Source: Promethearchaeota archaeon
Lineage (GTDB): Archaea > Asgardarchaeota > Lokiarchaeia > Sigyniarchaeales > SOKP01
DNA: 38,138 nt
Direction: 5' to 3'
Assembly: GCA_048940925.1 (NCBI GenBank)
Contig: JBHLOC010000044.1
Coordinates: forward strand, 1 to 38,138
The notes under the pieces are model-generated. The model searched no databases and had not been told where the DNA came from. It saw only the letters and a list, made by a program, of their open reading frames with translations. Each line of letters starts with the position of its first letter. Positions within the stretch are counted from its first letter, which is position 1. Positions 30,926 to 38,138 of this stretch are shown piece by piece. The position numbers and the translations under genes were made by a program.

Positions 30926-31954
30926 TCACAATATATACATTTTAATAATATCTTTAGGTGCTTTTTTGACTGTTATCGTGTGATTAAATTCATTATAATT
31001 TTTTCCATAATTAACATCCCCAACAAGACCGCTATAATCTGAATATCTTAATGTAAGCATTGCAGCATAATTTATAACCTCATCATCAGTTGGTCCTTGA
31101 ATAATAGTAATTGGTCCAACATCGTCTTTTGCTTCCATTATTAAATCAGCAGGTTTTTTTAAGTTGAGGAGCATTTTGTTTTCTGATTCATTCCTCCCAA
31201 TAATTATTTTTGATTGTTTATATCGGAAATGCCTACCATATTTTAAGATATCAATACTACTTATTTCTAAAGGGTCATTAAATCTAAGATAATCTTGCAT
31301 CCGACTAACAAAATGTATATCTGTTAATAAACACCCTCCACTTGCATAATATTCTTGTAGTAAATCATATTTTTTGGCTAATTCTAATTGTTTTTTTCGG
31401 CTTCTTCCTTTTATTCCTAATAAATTTGATCTGTTAATTAATCCCTTTTTTTCATATATCGTTGGTTTTAAATGCAATGCTGATAAAGGTCTTAGAAGTT
31501 TTCCTTCTAGACCAGATTCTTTTTCGACAACATTTAATGCGTTTAAATGTTGAGATTTTGGTCTCTGGTTAAGAACTTCCCCAGTAAATATAAAATCTGC
31601 TCCTTCTTTTTCTTGAAATTTTTTTGCTTGTTTTAAGAAATATATTCTACAGTCAATACAGGGATTAAGATTTTTACCGTAACCGTACTTTGGATTACGA
31701 ATAATACTCAAATAATCATCTTTAATATATAAAGTGTGGATGTCAATCCCTAGCTTTTTTTTGAAAAGATCTAAGCTAATTGCATAAGCATTACTAATAT
31801 TTTCAGACGTACAAAATGGTGATTTAAAATGTACTCCTATTACTTTTATTCCTTGAAGTTTAATTAGTAGACATGCTATTAAACTATCTAATCCTCCCGA
31901 TACCAATCCTATTCCAATTATGTTGTTTTTTCGTTCTATACTATTTTTTATCAT
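30926..31954 (-). CDS. ThiI/MnmA-like PP-loop tRNA sulfurtransferase family protein
   Basis: SGGLDS PP-loop, NPCIDCR, TGEVLNQRPKSQ, LLRPLSA, GGCLLTD and GRHFR motifs. Confidence 0.82.
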   Translation of the reverse strand: MIKNSIERKNNIIGIGLVSGGLDSLIACLLIKLQGIKVIGVHFKSPFCTSENISNAYAISLDLFKKKLGIDIHTLYIKDDYLSIIRNPKYGYGKNLNPCIDCRIYFLKQAKKFQEKEGADFIFTGEVLNQRPKSQHLNALNVVEKESGLEGKLLRPLSALHLKPTIYEKKGLINRSNLLGIKGRSRKKQLELAKKYDLLQEYYASGGCLLTDIHFVSRMQDYLRFNDPLEISSIDILKYGRHFRYKQSKIIIGRNESENKMLLNLKKPADLIMEAKDDVGPITIIQGPTDDEVINYAAMLTLRYSDYSGLVGDVNYGKNYNEFNHTITVKKAPKDIIKMYIL

Positions 31955-32171
31955 AATCTTCTGATTTTGCGTAGGATTCTATAATTACAAAAAACAATTT
32001 TAAAATTTATTCTTTTTCTTAATTCTTTATAACTCCTTAAGAGGATTTAGATAATTTATAATAGAAAAGCTAAAAAAAAAATAAGAATAATAAATATATA
32101 TTGCAAGTGAATTTTAATAATAAGACCTATTGTATGCCAGTGTTGCCGAGTCGTAAGGCGATGGCCTGCAG

Positions 32172-32193
32172 AGACTCAGGATAGTGCGTAGTT
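32172..32193 (+). other. tRNA intron 1 (22 nt, canonical 37/38 position)
   Basis: Central helix CUGC/GUAG with bulges AG|A and UU|A. The anticodon stem serves as the outer helix. Confidence 0.85.
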
Positions 32194-32201
32194 AGCCATT
32201 T

Positions 32202-32231
32202 ATCATGGATATGCACTAGCCATGAGTGGAT
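32202..32231 (+). other. tRNA intron 2 (30 nt, non-canonical 45/46 position)
   Basis: Central helix CCAU/GUGG with bulges UU|A and AU|A, and inner helix UCAUGG/CCAUGA. Removal leaves a 5-nt variable loop. Confidence 0.8.
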
Positions 32232-32415
32232 ATCATGGGTTCAAATCCCATCACTGGCTCCACTTTTTATACTTTCTTAATGATAATAAACAACTAAATT
32301 GTGATGAATTGAACCTAATTTTTTTGGATAAATTAGTAATTACCAAGATAATCAATAATAATTTTACAAAAATATAGAAAATCGAAACACATACTATTAT
32401 TCTGAAATATTTGAG

Positions 32416-32432
32416 TTAACCTAACAGGTTAA
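32416..32432. promoter_or_regulatory. Inverted repeat upstream of the ABC transporter operon (candidate operator)
   Basis: TTAACCT-AAC-AGGTTAA about 65 nt upstream of the ATG. Confidence 0.45.
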
Positions 32433-32495
32433 AATAAGTAAAAGAATTTTTACAATTGTATTCTTTAATTTTAATAAGAATTTATAAATTAATTA

Positions 32496-33209
32496 ATGAT
32501 TAAAATGATAGAACAATCCTTGATATTAAATAATGTCAGCAAAATATATTATATGGGTGAGACTAAAGTTACTGCTTTGGATAATGTAAATTTACAAATT
32601 AATTCGGGAGAATTAGTTACGCTTCTCGGTCCTTCAGGCGCGGGGAAAACAACTCTTTTAAATTTACTGGGCGGAATAGATTCTCCAACTTCTGGCGAAA
32701 TTAAGGTTTTTAATAAACTTATCAGCGAGTTATCTCCCAATCAACTTACAGAATATAGAAAAAAAAAGGTAGGTTTTGTTTTCCAATTTTTCAATTTATT
32801 ACCTTCATTAACCGCTTTGGAAAATGTGGAAATCGCAATTGAGACATTCGGAAACAAAAAGAGAATCCGCGAAATAGCTATAAAATATTTAGAAGCGGTC
32901 GGATTAGGGGATCGGTTGGATCATCTCCCTTTTGAACTTAGTGGAGGTGAACAGCAGAGAGTCACCATCGCCCGAGCGTTAGTGAAGGAAGAATTTACAA
33001 AGGGGAATCTCCTCATTCTTATGGACGAACCTACGGGTAATGTCGATGAAGAAACGGGCGACCAAATCCTCAAATTAGTCAAAAAAATTGCGGTTGATTA
33101 TAAAGCGACTTTTATAGTGGTTACTCATAATCCTCTAATCACACAAAAATTACAATCACGGGAAATTCACATAAGAAATGGAAAAATTATAAACAATATG
33201 CATAATTAA
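32496..33209 (+). CDS. ABC transporter ATP-binding protein (LolD/MacB-like)
   Basis: Walker [18 protein letters not shown], signature LSGGEQQR, Walker B LMDEPTG and VTH. Confidence 0.93.
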   Translation: MIKMIEQSLILNNVSKIYYMGETKVTALDNVNLQINSGELVTLLGPSGAGKTTLLNLLGGIDSPTSGEIKVFNKLISELSPNQLTEYRKKKVGFVFQFFNLLPSLTALENVEIAIETFGNKKRIREIAIKYLEAVGLGDRLDHLPFELSGGEQQRVTIARALVKEEFTKGNLLILMDEPTGNVDEETGDQILKLVKKIAVDYKATFIVVTHNPLITQKLQSREIHIRNGKIINNMHN

Positions 33210-33234
33210 GTGGACAAATAAGGAGGATACTAAA

Positions 33235-35691
33235 TTGAAATTATTAACAAAAAAACCTTGGATGGATTTGCGAAGATTAGGAAAGCGTAGATGGATCCTA
33301 ATAATTATATTATCCCTTTGTATTGGTTTTTCTGTTGGGATTTTTCAAGTCTTTACTTCTATTAAGCCTCTTTTTGCAAATCTCTATAAAGATGCTAATC
33401 GGGCGGATTTTGAATATATAACTTATGGATTTAATTCGACAACAGTACCCGAGATCAAAAAAATACCTGGGGTGAAAGATGTAGTTCCCCGTCTTGTGTT
33501 TCAGTTCCCGATTAAAATAAAAGATGATCCGCAGACATATCAGATACGATTGATAGGAATTAATGTAACATCATCATTTTCAGATACATCTAATTTACCT
33601 ATATATAAATATGATTTAAGTACTGGAATGAATCTGCAACCTGGTGAATATCACAAGATGTTAATATCAAAAGAATTTTATAAAGCCCAAAATCTGCAAA
33701 TTTCAGAGAATCTTACGATTGAATCCTTGGGAAATGCCAACTTTACAATCAAAGGAGATTTCTGGAGCATTGAATTTACTATGACTAATGCAGCACCTGA
33801 AGTATTGTTCCCTATAAAAGGATCAATGGGTATCGGGTTTGTGGATGTAGATGATTTAATACAAACGGTCTTAGATTCGAATCCGCTATTGTTTTTCCCA
33901 TATAAATCATATCAATTTAACCAATTACAAGTTTTGTTTGAAGAGAATGCTAATCAAGATGAAATAAATAGATTAGTAGAAGAAAAATTTGGAAATCTTG
34001 GTATTCAATTAGTTTCAAGTACTCCTTTTAAAGAGAGTTATACGTGGCATTATTTAATGAGTGATCTCGAAGGAAGTACACAAGTTTTTTATATAATTCT
34101 AATTCTTGCTGTGATAATGGCCTTAACGTCGAATATGTCGATTTATAAACAATTTATTTCTTCCCAACAAAAACAAATCGGCATTTTAGGGTGTCTGGGT
34201 TTCTCTAAAAAAAAAATATCAAAATCATATATAGTATTATTATTTGAAATTTCCCTGATATCGACGGTAGTCAGTACCGTTTTTGCATATGCATTCCTTG
34301 AGGAAATGGCGATAGAAATGGGCACGGGGATTTTGGGAATAAATATTCTGTTTCCGTTTTCATTTGCGCTCATTATTGAGGCTTTCTTATTAAGCCTAGG
34401 AATCGGATTTTTATCTATGATTCCTCCTGTTTATAAGATGATGAAGAAGAATATGGTCGATTTAGTATATAAACAACCGGGCTCTGAAGGTTTAACACAT
34501 CACAAAAAGAAGAGAAAATTAAAAAGAAGTAATGAGACAAGTATGCGACCCTCAAACAAATTATTCTGGAGGAATTTTATTAGGAATCCACGTAATACTT
34601 CTTTAATGATGATCGGAATAACCTTTTCTATCCTAATTATGAGTTCAATGTTTGTTATGTGGGACAGTGTACAATATACGACTAATAATGCAATAAAATT
34701 AACGGAAAAATGGGACACAAGTGTCTCATTTTCAATTGGAGTAAATGATATGGGTCCTGAGATGCAAGATATCAATTCATTACCTGATATTGCCAAAAAT
34801 GAATCAGCACTCAAACTTACTCTATTATTTGAAAATCCTCAAATCAATGTTGATAATGAAACAGGCTTTTTACTGGGCTTAAAATCGAATCAGTCACTGC
34901 ATCATTTTAATTTTATTGATAAGAATGGAAAATCCAGCCGTCATTATCAAAATAACGACGAAATCGTAATTTCTAATCATATTTCACTGAAATTGAAGCT
35001 AAATATTGGAGACAATATCACGATATATAACCCCTCAGGAAACAAAAAACAATTTACAATTGTTGGGATTACTAAAGAGATTATGACAACATGTTATATT
35101 TTGTTGGATTCCGCTCAATCTTTTTCAAACCAGCTTGGAAAAATAAATATTCTCTTTTTAACATATTCCGATACACCTCCAGATGAATCAAAACTCATCA
35201 ATGAAATATATGATGTATCCGAAGAGATTTCAGTAGTTCAACCGATGGGAAATTTAATAAAACAAATAAAGATTTACGGAGATCTCCTAATCCCATTTAT
35301 CGGCGTTGTCGTTGGATTTGCAGGAATAGTTGAATTTTTCATATTAGTTAATTCTACACTTATGAAGATTACAGAACATGAAAATGAATATGGAGTGCTG
35401 AGAAGTCTTGGTTTCAAGAAAAAGAAAATCTACCGACAAATTATTTTAGAAAATCTAATCTGGACAGCAATCGCTATCATAATTGCACTTTTATCAATCC
35501 CGATAGTAACCCGTTATATGGTACAGGCATATCAAAGTGAGTTTGCAATCTTTGCGCATTTCACGATGCTCACTTATCTCGGCACGATTCTCATACCTAT
35601 CTTAATAATATTTATAGCAGCTCGATCGGGAATAAAAATTGTGTATAAGAAAAACCTCTACGAGCAAGTGCAAACACAATTTATTGGATAA
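33235..35691 (+). CDS. ABC transporter permease with two FtsX/MacB-type modules
   Basis: Two repeats of TM + large soluble loop + IGIL..LGF / YGVLRSLGF motifs. TTG start follows GGAGG. Confidence 0.88.
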   Translation: MKLLTKKPWMDLRRLGKRRWILIIILSLCIGFSVGIFQVFTSIKPLFANLYKDANRADFEYITYGFNSTTVPEIKKIPGVKDVVPRLVFQFPIKIKDDPQTYQIRLIGINVTSSFSDTSNLPIYKYDLSTGMNLQPGEYHKMLISKEFYKAQNLQISENLTIESLGNANFTIKGDFWSIEFTMTNAAPEVLFPIKGSMGIGFVDVDDLIQTVLDSNPLLFFPYKSYQFNQLQVLFEENANQDEINRLVEEKFGNLGIQLVSSTPFKESYTWHYLMSDLEGSTQVFYIILILAVIMALTSNMSIYKQFISSQQKQIGILGCLGFSKKKISKSYIVLLFEISLISTVVSTVFAYAFLEEMAIEMGTGILGINILFPFSFALIIEAFLLSLGIGFLSMIPPVYKMMKKNMVDLVYKQPGSEGLTHHKKKRKLKRSNETSMRPSNKLFWRNFIRNPRNTSLMMIGITFSILIMSSMFVMWDSVQYTTNNAIKLTEKWDTSVSFSIGVNDMGPEMQDINSLPDIAKNESALKLTLLFENPQINVDNETGFLLGLKSNQSLHHFNFIDKNGKSSRHYQNNDEIVISNHISLKLKLNIGDNITIYNPSGNKKQFTIVGITKEIMTTCYILLDSAQSFSNQLGKINILFLTYSDTPPDESKLINEIYDVSEEISVVQPMGNLIKQIKIYGDLLIPFIGVVVGFAGIVEFFILVNSTLMKITEHENEYGVLRSLGFKKKKIYRQIILENLIWTAIAIIIALLSIPIVTRYMVQAYQSEFAIFAHFTMLTYLGTILIPILIIFIAARSGIKIVYKKNLYEQVQTQFIG

Positions 35692-35736
35692 ATATTTTTG
35701 TAAAAAAAAATAAAGATTGAAAGAAACAGCAAGAAT

Positions 35737-35999
35737 TTATGTTGCATTCATAATTTTCATTTTTGGCGCATAAGCTTCTTGAACCGCGTAATTATTGAAA
35801 TTTATACTGTAATGATTGCGCCAGTGTGTCTTTACATCCTCGAGCATCGCGTCCATCACAATCTGCTTCACTTTGGCCTTCGCGCAGAGGGTTGTGCCCA
35901 TTGGAACAGCTGTAATTTCGCCATCTTTTACTACGATTTGCCCGTCCTTAATAGTATATGCCGCCAGGGTAAATGCCTTTTCGATGTCTATGCCGGTGT
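35737..35999 (-). pseudogene. Start-less duplicate of the 3' end of fwdA (about 87 codons)
   Basis: Colinear without indels to 37134-37396. Translates TGIDIEKAFTLAAYTIKDGQIVVKDGEITAVPMG...APKMKIMNAT-stop. 35741-35832 is identical to 37138-37229, and the rest differs mostly at third codon positions. Confidence 0.9.
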
Positions 36000-36003
36000 G
36001 CTT

Positions 36004-36831
36004 TTAAAAATCATATCTGAGCAGACGAATCATATTCTTAAACTTTGAATTAACCGACATTCCCCGATAAACTAAGCGATACTTGAAAGGAAGTTTATTT
36101 ATATATTTTGATTGCCAAATTGTCATGTTTGATATTCTTTTCAATTTGGGATTAAGGGTATCAACCTCGTGGAGGTCTTCGACAGCCCATTTATGTTCAG
36201 CACTCATCTTTTTTTTGAGGTCAGATTTGGCCGATTCAATGGCAAATGAATTTATTGCATCAAACATTATTTGACCATGAGAAAAATGATTAGTGATTTG
36301 ATTAAGGAGGATTTGAACATCCCCTTTAGTTAAATATTCAAAAACACCATCTGCAATAACTAGTACATCTCCTTCAGAGGGAAAGTTATTGATTAATTTA
36401 GAATCTATAATTGAAGCAGCTATCATATGATATCCCTCCTTGTCAGAAAAAAAGTGTTTCCGTAATTGGATAACCTCCGGATAATCAACATCGTACCAGT
36501 TAACATTTGGAGAGGGATTGATTCGCTCTATTCTTGTATCAAGCCCGCAACCTAAGTTAAGTACTATAACATTGGAGTGATTTTCAAGAAATTCCTTTAC
36601 CCAGTCATCAAATTGTTTTGCTCTAACAACAATAATATTACCATTTCCAAATTTACTCATGTCCGTGAAATCATAATCAATAGTCTCAATAATTTCATTT
36701 GCCTTGGTGTCCTTTAAAATAGAATTTTTAGATTGACTATCAAATGCTTTTGCATAAAGCGTGATGAGAAGAGTTAGTTTTTCTTCTGTTAAATGTACCT
36801 TTTGAATTTTATCAATGTTCATTTTTATCAA
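36004..36831 (-). CDS. Class I SAM-dependent methyltransferase (LCM/TcmP-like)
   Basis: TLLITLYAKA, RAKQFD, VLNLGCGLDTR, WYDVDYPEVI..RK and IADGVFEYL motifs. The start may be the ATG at 36822. Confidence 0.88.
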   Translation of the reverse strand: MIKMNIDKIQKVHLTEEKLTLLITLYAKAFDSQSKNSILKDTKANEIIETIDYDFTDMSKFGNGNIIVVRAKQFDDWVKEFLENHSNVIVLNLGCGLDTRIERINPSPNVNWYDVDYPEVIQLRKHFFSDKEGYHMIAASIIDSKLINNFPSEGDVLVIADGVFEYLTKGDVQILLNQITNHFSHGQIMFDAINSFAIESAKSDLKKKMSAEHKWAVEDLHEVDTLNPKLKRISNMTIWQSKYINKLPFKYRLVYRGMSVNSKFKNMIRLLRYDF

Positions 36832-37108
36832 TACACCTACAAATTAAATAAATCGACTTGTATTTAAATCGATTGTTTTAAAAATATAGAATTAATCCAA
36901 GAATCAATTATACGAAAAACTTTTTTTATAATCAATTTGGAATATAGAGATTGTTAAAATTTTATCAATTCAAGTTTTATTTTATCAAGATTTTCTAAAA
37001 TATGGATATATAATACTTTACTTCGAATATTTTTATATTTTTTTAAGAAAATCTATTTAAGTTGAAGGTTATCTTTTTTTTTTAATAAATAATTCGGTAT
37101 ATTCTTAT

Positions 37109-37131
37109 AAAAAAATTAAAAAAAAAAAAAA
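37109..37131 (-). terminator. U-rich archaeal terminator candidate after fwdA
   Basis: A long A-run on the + strand (U-run in the mRNA) lies immediately after the fwdA stop codon. Confidence 0.5.
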
Positions 37132-37133
37132 TT

Positions 37134-38138
37134 TTAAGTTGCATTCATAATTTTCATTTTTGGCGCATAAGCTTCTTGAACCGCGTAATTATTGAAATTT
37201 ATACTGTAATGATTGCGCCAGTGTGTCTTCACGTCTTCGAGCATCGCGTCCATCACACTCTGCTTCACCTCACCCTTTGCACAGAGGGTTGTGCCCATTG
37301 GAGTTGCCACGATTTCACCATCTTTTACGACAATCTGTCCATCTTTTATTGTATAGGTTGCTAAGGTAAATGCTCTTTCGATTTCTGCACCCGTGTTATC
37401 TTCTGGTTTAAGTTTGTAGATTGCCACGTCTCCTATAGCGCCCACACCGAGGTGACCACGATCGGTCATTCCAAGACATTTTGCTGTGCCAGCTCTTGTC
37501 GCAATACAAATTTCATTTAGTGTCAGTTCACGAGAGATATCTTTCAATTGGGTTTTCTCAGGAGCCCTCTTAGAGCATTGATTTAATAGTACATCATCTC
37601 GCGATTTCTTGTCCATTAGCCATCTGACAATTTGCGGATATGATGTGAACGGTCCACCGTTAGGATGATCGGTTGTCATGAAAATCTGCCACGGATTTTT
37701 CGTTAACAACATAAGCTCTAAGCCGATGGCCCATTGGACTGCATTAACTGCGACTTTGGGTTTAAAGAAATAGGGCACGATCCCTGACCCAGACTCTCCT
37801 TCTACTTGCCCATTGATCCATTTCACACCTGGACGATTTCCCCATGCCGATGTTCCACCGATATGATGCAGAGCGAACTGTCTTGCTCATGCGAGATAAT
37901 CGCATTCGACCCAAGGTCCGTCCGCAGTCATAGTCGTAGTGGGTGCTTTACCAAAAATAACTTGTCCCGCATCAACGGTTATATGATCATTTGAATTTAA
38001 ATATTCTGCAACATCTGGTGCACCTGATTCAAAATCATTCCAGTTAGTACCTCCATATGCATTAAATTGACAATGAGTAAGGTGTATCGTAGATTTACGC
38101 CCTTCTTTTGGCTGGATTTTTTTTAATGCTTCAAATGT
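37134..38138 (-). CDS. fwdA: Formylmethanofuran dehydrogenase subunit A (5' part outside window), interrupted by a 30-nt intron-like insert; exons 38138-37910 and 37879-37134
   Basis: One frame from the window edge reads IHLTHCQFNAYGG..VDAGQVIFG..TTMTADGPW-[insert with TGA]-FALHH..KWINGQVEGESGSGIVPY..QWAIGLEL..TTDHPNGGPF..ATRAGTAKCLG..RGHLGVGAIGDVAIY..YTIKDGQIVVKDGE, all FwdA/FmdA signatures. Confidence 0.93.
37880..37909 (-). other. Putative BHB-type mRNA intron in fwdA (30 nt: UCGAAUGCGAUUAUCUCGCAUGAGCAAGAC)
   Basis: Outer helix CGGAC/GUUCG, central 4-bp helix CUUG/CAAG, 3-nt bulges GG|U and AC|A, and inner stem C-G + GA/GA + AUGCGA/UCGCAU. Contains an in-frame UGA (37889-37887). Splicing gives GGA CCU UGG G|AG UUC = GPWEF. 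Confidence 0.85.

Larger units (their letters stand above)
32136..32262 (+). tRNA. tRNA-Cys (GCA) with two introns (37/38 and 45/46) and encoded CCA
   Basis: Acceptor stem GCCAGTG/CACTGGC with discriminator U73 and CCA. Anticodon arm ATGGC-CTGCAG|A-GCCAT, variable region TT|ATC, T-arm ATGGG-TTCAAAT-CCCAT. Confidence 0.92.

Noticed and set aside
32172-32217. Single 46-nt intron in tRNA-Cys using the second AGCCAT
   Set aside because: This leaves an 11-nt unstructured variable region atypical of tRNA-Cys and gives no BHB at its junctions. The two-intron model gives two valid central helices.
32970-33030. Short insertion in the ABC ATPase before Walker B (KEEFTKGNL) as another hidden intron
   Set aside because: It contains no stop codon and I found no BHB fold, so it is more simply a loop extension.
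35737-37396. Diversity-generating retroelement TR/VR pair
   Set aside because: Mismatches involve all four bases and are mainly synonymous rather than adenine-specific. There is no reverse transcriptase in the window.
37887-37889. In-frame UGA in fwdA read as selenocysteine
   Set aside because: Read-through would leave a 10-aa insertion in a conserved motif and lose the ADGPxE Glu. FwdB, not FwdA, is the known Sec-containing subunit. No SECIS-like hairpin was evident in the AT-rich region after the stop. The BHB model explains the length, frame and restored residue.
32202-37909. Common origin of tRNA intron 2 and the fwdA intron (both 30 nt, both contain CAUGAG)
   Set aside because: A shared hexamer and equal length are too little to support homology.
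1580-37994. Short overlapping or antisense ORFs in the track (e.g. 1580, 1873, 3164, 4514, 9095, 11087, 13260, 13690, 14661, 15710, 16059, 17406, 18842, 19026, 19634, 19937, 22823, 24502, 25334, 28240-29592, 32549, 34143, 34500, 35779, 35816, 36083, 37176, 37806)
   Set aside because: They are shadows of well-supported genes with no recognisable motifs. The similarity of 35779 and 37176 merely reflects the fwdA duplication.
37134-38138. fwdA as a simple nonsense pseudogene or split gene starting at GTG 37826
   Set aside because: Both sides are intact and in the same frame, and the only lesion is a structured 30-nt insert with exact BHB geometry.
1-38138. CRISPR array, transposase, integrase or rRNA
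   Set aside because: No regularly spaced repeats, recombinase or transposase motifs, or rRNA-like sequence were found.

Overview
AT-rich archaeal chromosomal segment that most resembles Asgard archaea (Lokiarchaeia/Promethearchaeota). This assignment is inferred from longin/roadblock-like small proteins, a SIR2-TPR protein, a giant multi-PAS kinase, GAGGTGA-type ribosome-binding sites and H4MPT/Hdr metabolism. In order, the window holds: a truncated UDP-glucose-dehydrogenase remnant, an orphan glycyl radical enzyme, a hypothetical protein plus a DapA-family aldolase-Fae fusion, two nitroreductase paralogues flanking redox/lipid genes, a GH3-like adenylating enzyme, YyaL/SSP411, an hdrCBA-mvhD operon, coiled-coil and longin-like proteins, a tandem OsmC protein, a PAS histidine kinase with a SIR2-TPR gene, a ThiI-like tRNA thiolase, tRNA-Cys(GCA), an ABC exporter, a methyltransferase and the 3' part of fwdA. 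The main finding is in fwdA: a 30-nt insert (37880-37909) carries an in-frame UGA and folds into a canonical bulge-helix-bulge (BHB) motif. Splicing at the BHB-predicted sites restores the conserved ADGPxE motif, so this is a probable tRNA-endonuclease-type intron in a protein-coding metabolic gene. Also notable are a tRNA-Cys with two BHB introns (37/38 and 45/46) whose folds compete, a diverged duplicate of the fwdA 3' end that brackets a methyltransferase, and several genes that appear to start at non-canonical codons (ATC, CTG). All alignments and folds were done by eye; no database searches were run.
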